The translations under genes and the position numbers were made by a program. Under the pieces are notes generated by a model. The model worked only from the letters and a program-made list of their open reading frames with translations, was not told the origin of the DNA and did no database searches. From Macrostomum lignano (taxonomy: Eukaryota): DNA of 64,000 nt. This document shows, in pieces, positions 11,412-24,006 of the stretch (positions are counted from its first letter, which is position 1; every line of letters begins with the position of its first letter). The stretch is taken from NCBI GenBank assembly GCA_002269645.1, contig NIVC01001701.1:31899-95898 (forward strand), read 5' to 3'.

Positions 11412-14400
11412 ATGGAAACAGATGCTGATGAAGTTTTAAAAGAACTCTACAATATAATGACTAAAATTTCAGAGAACAAGAAGAACAGTGATAATGCAGA
11501 GGTAAGTGACAACAGTTTAAGTTTAAGTTAGAATTCAGTATTGACCAGCACAGGTTACTGAGGTTAGGCCTATGTTTAAAGAAGTTTTGTATGCATATAT
11601 CATGTATACATTTAATTTTTTATGTTCTGAGCAAAACATGTTATTTGTTTTTTTGAGATGCTTTCCACCCTTGGTATGCAATGGCAATGCTATATGAAAG
11701 TTTTTGTGATTAAGAGCTTTGATAGGCCCTAGACTGGTTTTTAATTCACGATTTATATAATATGGGTTAGAATTAATCTAATATTGAATGGGTCTCAATG
11801 CCTCTATTCAAGTTTAGGTTATTAAAAAATCAGTCCCTATAAAATAAAAAATCTTAAACTTAAAACTCCTCATTTACTACCACTACCATACATGCGCAAC
11901 TTTGGGAATCACTTGGCCATTTCTATTGGCAACACATACATACATGTAAGTTGCTAGGCTATTGGCTGAGAATAGTCATATGATTACTATTTTGTCCAAT
12001 AGCGACTTACATGTGTGTGTTGCCAATATAAATGGCTGTGTGAATCCTTAAGTTGCACTTAAGCATGATATATGGTTCTTAGTCATTTTGTCATCTGCCA
12101 TTTTGTCATCTGGGTGTCTAGGGTGCTCACCTCGACTATGGTCACTTTGTCATCTTAATTAACATGCACTACCTGAAGAGAGTCATTTTGTCATCTACCA
12201 ATCATATTAGTTCCAACTTCAAGTGAATTATTGTGGCAATCAAACATACGAGGGGTGTCCAAAAAGTAGTGATACTTTTAACTGTAGCTCTCATTCTATA
12301 CCTTCCTGTGATTTAAAATTTTATGAACTGATAGTGGAAAATCTCTTCTACAGACTGCTTTTTAAATTTTTAAAATTGATACTAGAGAACAAAAGTTATA
12401 CCCACGAAAGTAACAGTACCTGTACCATAGAGTTACACAAATTATAGGCTGAGCTTCACGAGATCCATGCGAGTAAGCTTCAATGAATTGTTGATTTCGG
12501 CTTGTCCAACCTGTCAGCGATCTCTCTAATGGTCAAGAAGATCCAGAATGGAGTCCGCTAGTACATCAGGTCGGTGAACGTATGGCCGCCCTGTCCAATG
12601 CTGATCTGCCAAGTCAGTCCTTCCCTCGCTGAACTGCTCCATCTATCAATAAACTGTCATTTTGCTGACCGCAGAGGATCCGTGCACAAAGCAAATTTTT
12701 GCATGAATTTCTGAGGCACCATGGCCAGCGCCCCAAAGAGTGAAGATGGTACTTTGCTGAGCAACAACTGAGTGCACATTCATGTGTGTTGTCAAGTATG
12801 GGCAATGAAATCATGAACGAATCGCAAAATGCAAGCTCCTCTGTTTGCAAGTAAAATAATGCATTTAATGCTTTATTTTTCTGCGCTTGATCCTGTCCAT
12901 AGATAAATTTCAGTCAGTCACAGTGAGCATCATTTTGCAATTGGGCTTTGGTATTGCTTAAACAAGACATTTATCGATGCCTTCTTAATGAATGAGTGCA
13001 GAAGTCAACTATTATAAATTTCGATATAATTTGTAACTCTATGGTACAGGTACTGTTACTTTCGTGGGTATAACTTTTGTTCTCTAGTATCAATTTTAAA
13101 TATTCAAAAAGCAGTCTGTAGAAGAGACTTTCTGCTATCAGTTCATAAAATTTTAAATCGCAGGAAGGTATAGAATGAGAGCTACGGTTAAAAGTATCAC
13201 TACTTTTTGGACACCCCTCATATTTACTTGGAATCCTAATGATCCCAGTCATTTTGTCATCTCAATTGATAAAACCTGTCAATCGATTGGTTCTGCTTGC
13301 CACAGCTTATAGTTATTAAACAAAAATAGTTTACACTAACTTGAATCACACACAGATTGATTGGTTGATGACAAAGTATTTAGCATAAGTAAATATTTGG
13401 TCACTTCGTCATATTTTTTCTCAAGCTACTTTGCTTCTGGTCACTTTGTTATCCAATATGATGAAATGGAATATGACAATCTGACCAGTGACTTGATATA
13501 TACCCAGTAGTTGGCTATTGACCTTTTAGTTAGGTCATCTTAACATCTTTCAAATCCTAGATCCAGAATTTATAAATATAATCCATTTCGGTAATAGCCA
13601 CTTTGGTAACTGCCACTTCTATAGTAACAAAAAATGACCAGTGATGGGCACCGCTAAATATTTTTGTAGCGCCGCTATATAGCATTTCCGCTATCAAATT
13701 TTTAAAAAAAGTTTGCGCTGTTATGTAGCGGCCACTATTTTAGTTTCAAAATTAGCGAATTTAGCGCCGCTAAATATGAAATTCACTAAAATTCAAAATT
13801 TCCTAAAAACATGAAAAAAAGATTCATTTTTACCATTTCTTTTGTTTAGTTTGAGCAGTATAAATATTAGAAAGATTTTACTTTACATTTAATAAAATAA
13901 AACGCAAATTAGTCAAAAATTTGTCAAATTGAAAAAAGTAATTTGTTGTACTTATATGGCACAAAGCCAAAGGATAAGGTAAGGTAACCGGTACAGTTAA
14001 CACTAACACTAACAGACAATAGTACCATAGTAAGTTTAGTAACTTTACTTAGTAAGTTGCCACTGCCAGTCGCCAAGTCGGTCACTGTCGCCAGTTGGTA
14101 GTCAGTGTTGGTAATTGACGTGACTATTTAAATTCTACTATCGGAATTGATTGAATTGCTGATTTACAGAATTGTATTGTAATTACGACACTTGCAATTG
14201 AATCAATTGAATAAATTGAATAATAAAATAAACATTTAAAGATTTATTTAGGAGATAAAATAATTATTCAGACAAAAAACAAACAGCAAGAACAACAGCA
14301 GCAAAAACGAGACAAGTAACAAAAACAAAAAAGAAAAGTTAGACTCATCACTCATCAATCATCAGTCATCACTATCGTCTATCAGGCATCAGCATCAGTC

Positions 14401-17400
14401 TATGATCTATCTATGAGTCCTATGACTATGAGTATGACCATACATGCGCAACAGTTGGCCAAGTCGGCCGATCCAGCCGACTGATTTGGTGGCCAACCAA
14501 GGAAGTTGCAAAAATTCCCACCCAAAAAAATACCCATAGTAGTACTAAGTAGCTGACGAGGCACTTTAGCTCAATAAGACAGTCATAGTTACTTCTGCCG
14601 TTTACCCAAAGTTGCGTTAATTTTGCTTTAGGGTTTTTTTACTTGTAAGTTGCATTTTTGGCCAAAAACTATGTCGCATTTTTGTTAAAACTAAGTCGCA
14701 TGGCCGACCGAATTTTGGAGGTTGCGCATGTATGAGTATGACTGAATATCAATTTATTTTATTTCTATCCCTATCAGTATCAGTATGACAGTATCAGTGA
14801 GTACAGTATACATGACTTGATTGTAAATTCTAAATACTGTCATTACGTTACGTACATTAAAAAAAGACTTTAAAAATTAAAATCAGTAAAACAAAATTGT
14901 TTAGAAGACTGAAAACCCTAAAAAACAATGTAAAAGAAAATTTGTTGCCTAAAATTTAGCGAATTTCAATTTTTAGCGAATTTGAACGAAATGTAGCAGC
15001 GCTTTTATAGCATACGCTAAGTCAAAATTCAATTTAGCAATATTAGTGAATTTCAAAAATCGTAGCGGCACTATAGCAAATTTCAAATTTAGCGCCCGCT
15101 ATGCCCATCACTGAAAATGACCATTGACTTTAGTAATAGCTACTTTGGTAACAGCTGCTTCAGTAACAGCCATTTTGGTAATAAAACAGATTTACAACTA
15201 CTAATATCGTAGGTATACTAGTTCTCACCCTGTAACTATTCTACTGCTGCAACCAAAGTTATAATAGGCATGATTGCTTTCATTGAAATTATCCCACTGC
15301 TGAGTCACCAAAGTTGTAACAGGGGTCTTGCTTCCCTCTTAGCTATTCTACCAATGCCACCAAGTTATAATAGGGCTTAACTTCTATCTTTATAAATGTC
15401 TTAATATTGGTAGCTGCCACCAAGACTATTCTATTAATAAATTATGAGTTTAAAATCTTAAAGTAACTCTGAGAAATGTTTCTTAGAATTAGTCTGAGTA
15501 TTTATTCTAAGTATAAGTCAGAGTATTTGATCTGTGAACTATTCTTAGAATACTATCTAGCCCTTATGAGTATCATTCTTTTGTATTTCTGGTAGCATTT
15601 ACTCTTATTCTAGTTGCATTCTACTAGTAATTTGGCCTGAGAGGTATATTGGCTTACTGGTATATATTGTATATATTTTCAGTCCTGGACATGACTGAGA
15701 TCAGAGGGTCACAGCCTCCAGTTATTCTTACATGTATTGATTTAGGATCTACTTTGTAGTCTCTTACTACACTTCTACTTCTAAGTAGTATATACTGTAT
15801 ATGCTTTGACCTACTTCACTTTTACTTATGCAAATGAATAACTTGGAAAACAATTTTCCAATACTTTAATAACATTTACTCAGAACTCTTATTATTCAAT
15901 ACTGGCTTTCTTTCTTAAGGAACTGCAATGTGCGAGGTTGGCCTCTCCTCTGCCAAAAACACTTCTATTTATACTAAAAATTTTTGCTAGTTTAAACAAA
16001 AATTAGTTTGCATAAAATATTATAAAAAATACATGTATTATAACAAATATGTTTTCCTAGATTCGGCATGCATTCAAAATGAGTTATACAATTATAAATT
16101 TTGTAAAAGAATTGGGAGGGGCCCTGCACACTAATGCTATATCTTTATGGTAAAAGACTTTGGCAACAATTAGTTTAATAATAAATATTTCATTTCAACT
16201 ACTTTATTGCCAAGTTTGGTTCAATTTTCTAGCTAAATAAAAATATAATTTGTTTAAATTTATGGAATTATGCATAAAATTTATTAAAAATTTCATGGTG
16301 GCAAGGAAAATTATGTAAGTTGAAAATTGGAAATTTTAAGTAAGTAATTATAATATAAACAAATAAAAAAGTTGTTTCTATAAATGAAGTTGCTAATTCA
16401 AAGATTCTAATATACACAATATTTCATCAACAGGATGTATTAGCTTGTATATACATTTGGCGCATCCAAAAATTAAAATAAAAATATATCTAGATTAAAA
16501 TACATAGGCCTATAATTTTCTGCTTCAACCCAAATCTTGAAGTTTGCAAGAAAATGTCTTAATTATTTTTCATCATTATTTCTTTAAAGTTGGCTTGCAA
16601 AATCTTTTTGAGCATATCAATCAATACATATCATTATTTTCACTTGTTATCAAAGTGGCTGTTACTGAAATGGCTATTACCAAAGTGGCTGTTACTGAAA
16701 TGGCTATTACCAAATTGGCTGTTACTGAAATGGCTATTACCAAAGTGGCTGTTACTGAAATGGCTATTACCAAAGTGGCTGTTACTGAAATGGCTATTAC
16801 CAAAGTGGCTGTTACTGAAATGGCTATTACCAAAGTGGCTGTTACCAAATTAGACTATTACCAAATTTATGCACCTAATCTTGAAAAGGTCTGTATGCTT
16901 TAATCCAAGTTTAGATTGATAATTTCAATCGCCATGAATAATCTCCCTACCTTAAAACCCCTCCTTCCCTATGCCTGGCTGGTTGGCTTTAAGCTATATA
17001 TAGTTAGGTTGAAATTGAAGTTGAAATTGGGGTTGGTCTTGAATCATTCAAATTTGTTTCTTTGCTAACACTGGAACCAGATCAATGGCAGTATGAATAT
17101 AGCCTTGAACTGCCTCCATGGATGGAGGTCTTATGAGAATAAGGATTAAGGAAAAAACGAGTTCAGTTCATTGGGTATTGAGATGAGACAAATTGGGACT
17201 AAAGTTTTTAATGAAATACAAAAGGCCTGCTTATTATCACTTTAATTTTGTTGAATGCTGTCTGTATTTGTAAGGAAGTTGAGAAAAAAGTTTTAAAATA
17301 TATGCTTAAAAATATATGATATTGATTAGGTGTAGGTTTACCATACCCAAATATTCCCCATTTTCCATCCATGGAAATTTGGGTTCCATGTTGGGTTTGA

Positions 17401-20400
17401 TCTAAAAAATTAATGAAATTACCCGAAATTTGGAATTTGGTTTGGGTACCCGAAACAGCACTAGCTGGGCATGCCTAGGTGCTCTCATGCATGATGCTGA
17501 CACCCTATTAAACTCAATACTCCATCCAATCACTGCGCCAGCAAAACGCGGCCCTGTTCAGGAAGATCTTGGAGCTTCCACGCAGTCAGAGCGCCGATTC
17601 CCGATCGAAGCGACTCGCTTCCCAGTTTGTCGGCCGGCTGTTCAAGGACTTTCCGGAGGACCAGCCGGCAGCATTCGAAGCCATGGTTGACCTTGTTGAG
17701 GATGACGACTTGAATGTTCGGAAGCAGGCGATTAGTGACTTGCCTAAGCTGTGCAAGGATGTGCCAGTGTACGTTGCAAAGGTTACTGACCTGCTCGTCC
17801 AGATGCTGCAATCTGACGATCCACAGGTTGGTTTGAGTTTCTGTTGCTGATCAATGCAGCGGTTGATGCAGAGTCCAGCCTGGGAACAGCGGTTGATGCA
17901 TAACTCAGGGCTGGGAGCAGCAGTTAATGCAGAATCCAGGGCTGGGAGCATCAGTTAATGCAGAATCCAGGGCTGGGAGCAGCGGTTGATGCAGCATCCA
18001 GGGCTGGGAGCAGCAGTTGATGCAGAATCCAGCGATTGGAGCAGCAGTTGATGCAGAATCCAGGGCTGGGAGCAGCAGTTGATGCAGAATCCAGGGCTGG
18101 GAGCAGCAGTTGATGCAGAATCCAGGGCTGGGAGCAGCAGTTGATGCAGAATCCAGGGCTGGAAGCAGCAGTTAATGCAGAATCCAGGGCTGGGAGCAGC
18201 AGTTAATGCAGAATCCAGGGCTGGGAGCAGCTGCAACATCTTCCAAATCCCCAACCCCGCTGAAAAACTCGCCAGGAGCAGCCCCTGGTGAACAACGCTC
18301 TGTCGCAGACTTTGACTGGACACCCGGCCGAGGCCCTCACCGGGCTGTTCAACCAGCTGACTCACGAGGAGGCCTCCGACCTGACCCGGGAGAGAGCGCT
18401 GCGCTTTCTAACCGCCAAGTTGGCACACCTGGCGCTGACGCCGCCACAGGAGGAGCTGCTGTCTCGCCTGCTGATCGATGAGCTGCTGTACGACGTGAGC
18501 GAGGACGAGTTCACCACGGCCGTCAACCTGCTGGCCGGGCTTGGCTGCATGCGCGGAGCAGCGGGCCGGCAGCGCCTGGTTGACGCCGTCTGCCAGCAGG
18601 CCGACCTGGCGGTCCCCTTTGATCCGGCCAGCCCAGCCGATGTGGCCCGCCTGAGCGAATGCGCCAGGATGGCTGCCAAGCATATGGGGGTGCGCATCCA
18701 CCCATGACTTTGGGGTTCCTGTTTTTCCTGCTTGTTCACACTATTTTATCCGTGTCTCCACATGTATCACATTATATTCTGTGTTTTACCTGTGTCTTCA
18801 CTTGTCATTTCCTGTCTTCACTTGTGTCATTTCCTGTGTCTTCACTTGTGTCATTTCCTGTGTCTTCACTTCTCATTTCTGTGTCTTCACTTGTGTCATT
18901 TCCTGTGTCTTCACTTGTGTCATTTCCTGTGTCTTCACTTGTGTCATTTCCTGTGTCTTCACTTGTGTGTCATTTCCTGTGTCTTCACTTGTGTCATTTC
19001 CTGTGTCTTCACTTGTGTCATTTCCTGTGTCTTCACTTGTGTGTCATTTCCTGTGTCTTCACTTGTGTCATTTCCTGTGTCTTCACTTCTCATTTCTGTG
19101 TCTTCACTTGTGTCATTTCCTGTGTCTTCACTTGTGTCATTTCCTGTGTCTTCACTTGTGTCATTTCCTGTGTCTTCACTTGTGTCATTTCCTGTGTCTT
19201 CACTTGTGTGTCATTTCCTGTGTCTTCACTTGTGTCATTTCCTGTGTCTTCACTTCTCATTTCTGTGTCTTCACTTCTCATTTCTGTGTCTTCACTTGTG
19301 TCATTTTCTGTGTCTTCATTTGTCATTTCCTGTGTCTTCACTTGTGTCATTTCCTGTGTCTTCACTTCTCATTTCTGTGTCTTCACTTGTGTCATTTCCT
19401 GTGTCTTCACTTGCGTCATTTCCTGTGTCTTCACATGTGTCATTTTCTGCGTTTTCACTTGTCATTTCCTGTGTCTTCACTTGTGTCATTTCCTGTGTCT
19501 TCACTTGTGTCATTTCCTGTGTCTTCACTTGTGTCATTTTCTGCGTTTTCACTTGTCATTTCCTGTGTCTTCACTTGTGTCATTTCCTGTGTCTTCACTT
19601 GTGTCATTTCCTGTGTCTTCACTTGTGTCATTTTCTGCGTTTTCACTTGTCATTTCCTGTGTCTTCACTTGTAATTTCCTGTGTCTTCACTTGTGTCATT
19701 TCCTGTGTCTTCACTTGTCATTCCCTGTGTCTTTACCTTATATTTTCCTGTGTATTTCCATTTCACTGTCTTTCTCTTTACTGGATTTTTTCCTGCGCTC
19801 CTGCGTATTCCAGGGAAAACAGGTAAGCTCGTCACCCCTTATCCGGTGTTTTTATTTTGGTCTTCAATGTTTCTACCGGTGTCTTAGAAACTCGACACTT
19901 GTTTATCTGTCCCATATTTTTTCAAGAGTATGTACGTCCTTACCTATCTCTGGCTGTCTTTACATGTAACACTGGTGTGTTGTTCCTCTTTTCCATTGAT
20001 ATCAGCCTGATGCAACCCTTCCCAACTCAGTCACACACCCATTTCCTTGTACAGCGCAACGTCAGCGCCAAGGCTCTGCTGGTGTACTACCTGGACCGGG
20101 TGGTGCCCAGCATCGACCTGGTGGACGACTCGGCTTCCGGGCCTGGCCTGGCCGACTCGCCCCGCCTCGGCCTGCTGCGTCGCCTGGCGGAACTGAGCTC
20201 TGCTGCCGGTGAGGATTTGGGATCAGTAATGGCTGTATTGGGATCAGTGTTCAGTGCTAATTAGCTCTCATTTCACCTGTCAGGCTCCTCATTCGCGGTC
20301 ACTGACAAGCAGCTTTCGGCACTGCTTGACCGCCTGCTCGACCGCCTGCCGCTGCCGCCGACGCCGCCGCCAACGCCAATGGCGACTTCGTCAAACGATA

Positions 20401-21295
20401 ACGAGCAGGCCGAGACTGACAAGGTGCCGGAGGAGGGTGAGATTGCGCCAGCAGTCGGCGAGCCCGAGCTGAACTTCTCTCAGATCGAGTGCCTGTTGTT
20501 CGCCTTCCACCGCCTGGCCAAGACCAACTCGGACTTCCTGACCGCCTGTCCCGACCGACTGGCCGACTTTGCCAAGCGGATCGGCTATCTGAGCCAGTGA
20601 GGCTTCTGTTTCAGTCTGCATCACTGCTAAGAGTCCTATCTCAAATCCTCAATCTTTCTGAGATCCTCAACTTGACCTCGCAATCTTGATTCTCACTAAT
20701 TATTCAGCCTTATTTGTCCTAAATTTTACTGCATGTCTTCATCTCGTTACTTCGCCAAACCAAACTCAGAGCCAACCAAGTGTACCTGCGATCGCTGCGG
20801 TCAGCAGTTCGAGCTCCATTACGTGCGGAGGACGCCGTCCCCACCCCTGCTGCAGCCGTTGAAGATGCCGCCCCATCGACTCAGCCGGATGCGAGCGACG
20901 ACGCCGAGAAGGCGGAAAAAGCTGAGGAACCCAAAGCTGCTGAGCCGCCGATCGCAGACCCCGCCCGCCTTCGCGAGGTCGCCCTGGCCACCGCCGAGAA
21001 CATCGCCCTGCTGGCTCGCGACCTGTCCAGATCGCCGCCCTCCTACCGGGCTGAGCTGGCCGTCTCCTGTCTGTCTTGGCGCCAGTTGGCCGCCTCCGGC
21101 GCCGACCGGCTCGGCAAGCGGCGCGGCGAAGTCAGCGACGACGAGGAAGAGGATCGCGGCGGAGCCCGCCGACGCTTTGCGGGGGATCAGCGGAGCTCTG
21201 ATCGGAGGGCGCGGGACCGATTTGGCGGCGGTGGCGGCGGGATGCGAAGCCGTCGCGGTGGCGGCGGTGGCGGATGGCGAAGCAACCGGTGGTAG
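11412..21295 (+). CDS. API5: Apoptosis inhibitor 5 (API5/AAC-11), 6 coding exons, 593 aa
   Basis: Exons are 11412-11501, 17542-17826, 18276-18689, 20055-20208, 20284-20596 and 20770-21295. All are GT-AG and phase-compatible (1782 nt). Peptides [78 protein letters not shown] and PPSY match API5, and there is a C-terminal RGG-like tail. Exon 1 is the least certain. Confidence 0.92.
11890..12060. mobile_element. Degenerate hairpin MITE in API5 intron 1
   Basis: The arms CCATTTCTATTGGCAACACATAC..ACATGTAAGTTGCTA and TAGCGACTTACATGT..TGTTGCCAATATAAATGG are inverted. The left end CATGCGCAAC is shared with the MITE at 14443. Confidence 0.55.
12249..13220 (-). mobile_element. Internally deleted Tc1/mariner transposon, about 200-bp TIRs, TA TSD
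   Basis: The ends are TA|CGAGGGGTGTCCAAAAAGT... and ...ACTTTTTGGACACCCCTCA|TA. The interior minus strand encodes an N-terminal transposase remnant, [32 protein letters not shown] and [18 protein letters not shown] (HTH). No DDD domain is present. Confidence 0.92.
13639..15113. mobile_element. Non-autonomous hAT-type DNA transposon
   Basis: The TIR is CAGTGATGGGCA / TGCCCATCACTG. An exact 8-bp TSD AAAATGAC lies at 13631-13638 and 15114-15121. There are subterminal TAGCG/CGCTA repeats. Confidence 0.9.
14443..14730. mobile_element. 288-bp MITE nested in the hAT element
   Basis: TA|CATGCGCAAC ... GTTGCGCATG|TA. Confidence 0.75.
16650..16862 (+). repeat. 30-bp tandem repeat CAAAGTGGCTGTTACTGAAATGGCTATTAC, about 7 copies; inverted relatives at 13585-13625 and 15125-15180
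   Basis: Read directly. It is probably the right arm of an older foldback element whose left arm was split by the hAT insertion. Confidence 0.85.
17851..18235 (+). repeat. 31-bp minisatellite in API5 intron 2
   Basis: Unit GATGCAGAATCCAGGGCTGGGAGCAGCAGTT. Confidence 0.93.
18790..19730 (+). repeat. About 24-bp minisatellite in API5 intron 3
   Basis: Unit TGTCATTTCCTGTGTCTTCACTTG with small indel variants. It generates the spurious long ORFs at 18659-19969. Confidence 0.97.
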
Positions 21296-23274
21296 ATGAT
21301 AGGCTCCGAGCTTGACGATCTCGAAGTTGGTTTTATATAACCGACTAAAAGCATAGGCTTTTACTTAGTCGATTTGTTTGTGTCCGTTTCTCTGTATTTA
21401 TTACCAAAATTTAACAAGTCCATGCGTTCATCAAGCTGTCCGGTCTGTCGCAATCGCTAGTTTCAACAGGCTTGTTATAAACAGATGCGTTAGTAAATTG
21501 GTACCCGTCCAAACCATCTATATCTTAGTTTTATCCTTCTGTCACTGCATTATGTATTAAAGTTATAAACGACTTGCTCTTTTTTATGTTCAAGCCATAG
21601 GATAGTCACCCACGAGTCGTTCCGTTCCCATCCCATACATCTCGTTGCAGCAATACCTGTATTCTGTATTTCCCAGTGTTCTGGTGTAGCTAAACTTACA
21701 GACAGCTTTTCTGACTAGGCTGCAGTTTGCAGTTTGCAGACAGCATTTAGCTCTGAATTTGTCCCTTGCTGTTGATGCGGAAATTACTACGTGCACTATA
21801 CATTAATTAGTTAACTAAGCGAATTATAAATTGGTAACAATTAAGTAACAATGCCTACATCTAAGTTTACTTCCTTGCTTACCTAAAAGTAATTCTGTTG
21901 CAGTCTTGTTAATTTGGGGAAAAGTAGCTTTTTGGTAATATTTACTGATATACTGAAGCAAAAACAAATAGTTTTTTATTGCTTAGCTATCATGCATTTT
22001 GGGGGTTAAAGCAGATAAAAATATGTGTTCGTTTAACGCACAAATAGGACGATAAAGTATGGTCTAATTCAGTTAATTAAAGCAGTATTAACTTCTTAAA
22101 TATTTTAACATATTGGCTAATTTTTATCAATTGGCCACGCAAGCCAGTTATTGTACAAATAACGGTACGATACCGGCCGTATTTTGTCTAAGTAATTAGT
22201 AAGGCTTTAAACTGTACAATCAAATACAAAGTAAAAAATTATAATGAAATAAAATAATTAGGAAACTTGTCCAGCTTGAAATGCAGTAAAGTAAAGTAAA
22301 CTTTGTTTTAAAAAGATGTTTACACGTAATTTTCAAGGACGACTTAAGTCGTCCTTGGTAATTTTTTGTATTTCGTGTGGCGCACGCGCACATCTGCAGC
22401 CGGCGATCTTATGTTATATGGCGCGCCTTGCCTTGCATAGTCCATTTTGGTTTAAATACTGCTTCATAATTTCAAAACTTTTATTCTCTAGCAGTTATTT
22501 CCACGAACCTGTAGGCCTACCAAAAATTTACGAAGTTTTAAAACTAATGAGACTTGGGAGTTGACATTAAGAGTAAGACTAGTAGGGCCGGGGCGGGGGG
22601 CCTAAGACTTAAGACTTATTTATGATGAAAACTAAGGCAGTAGGTCTACTATAACTAGGCCTAGCCTAGTCAAAAATTTTTAAGCAATAAACTACCTCTA
22701 GCAGTTAGGTTAGGACTGAATAGCATTTTATCTATTTTGAAATTTGTGTAATCCTACTGGCATTGCATTAGGCCTAATGCATTCTGCTATGCTAGGCCTC
22801 CTCATGCATCAGACTATTGATTGCTAGGGGCCTACAGTCTGGGTTTTTTGGGCCATAGCCTATGGGGTTTTTTGGCCCCTTGAAAATCTCATTGGCAACT
22901 AGATGTTTTTGGCATCAGAGGCCAATCTGGCAACTTAATTTTCCTTATGCCAGTTGCCAATTTCAAAAAATGATTTTGTAAGTGTAATATAAAATTAAAA
23001 TATATATACACATAAATGCTAATGTCATGTTTAATATTTTGTTAGTAGACAAAATGACTAAATTGTATTTTTGCAAAAAAAGTGGCAAACAAACTGGCAG
23101 CAGACAAAATGACTATCAACCATTTTATTCTCTTAGTCTTGGGCATTCCTAGTATCAAAGGGTCATGACTTCTAAAAATGTTATAGGCCCTACTGCCCTG
23201 AGGGAGGCAATTTACTGCCCTAAGGTGTTTTATTACTCTAAGGTGATCTATTGCTCTGAGGCAATCTTTTGCTA

Positions 23275-23565
23275 GGTAATGGCTAGAGTTCCGACACCGG
23301 AACCTGTCTTCTAATGGCTATGGATCCGGCAGTCTTCTGCAGGCAGTTATCTACTAATGAAGTCTTTGAACATTAGAAGTATCTTGTTTTGAATCTCATC
23401 GTTTCGTTTTGATCTTATCTTGAGCAAAATCCCAATATCAACAACCTGTTAAAAAAGTAAAATGTTTCTGCTATATTATACCCATAAATTGCACTATTGG
23501 AATACCACTGCCAGATCCATAGCCATTAGAAAATGGGTTCCGGTGCCGGAACTCTAGCCATTGCC
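23275..23565. mobile_element. Non-autonomous Mutator-like element (MULE/MITE)
   Basis: The TIRs are about 58 bp (GGTAATGGCTAGAGTTCC... / ...GGAACTCTAGCCATTGCC). An exact 9-bp TSD CTTTTGCTA lies at 23266-23274 and 23566-23574. Confidence 0.88.
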
Positions 23566-24006
23566 CTTTTGCTATTAGGCAATTTACTGCTCTGAGATAG
23601 ATGTTTTATTGCTCTGAGTCTGAGACAACCTACTGTCCTAAGGTGATCTATTGCTCTGACTCCCCCTTTGAGCTTAAGGTAATTTTCACTTTCTGATGGA
23701 TCTTAATTCTCCCAGGTTGAGGCTTTTAATTCTTAATAAATAAATAAGCCAAATTGAAAAATTGTTATATATTTAATGAGTAATAAATTTTGCTTGCAAG
23801 TTTTCAGGTTTGTAGATCTTTGCAAGTTAGCAAGTTGCTTCCCTTGGCCTACTCAAGGCTTCTAGGCCTATTTATATTAGTTGAGCAGTCTATTTAAAGC
23901 TGGGTTTTTTTTTTCGCCAGAGATAAGGTGTGAAATCGCACCTTGTGCCAAATTTCAAGGTGCGATTTTAAGGCTCAGAGTGCAATTTCTCTTGAGTCTT
24001 GTTTAG

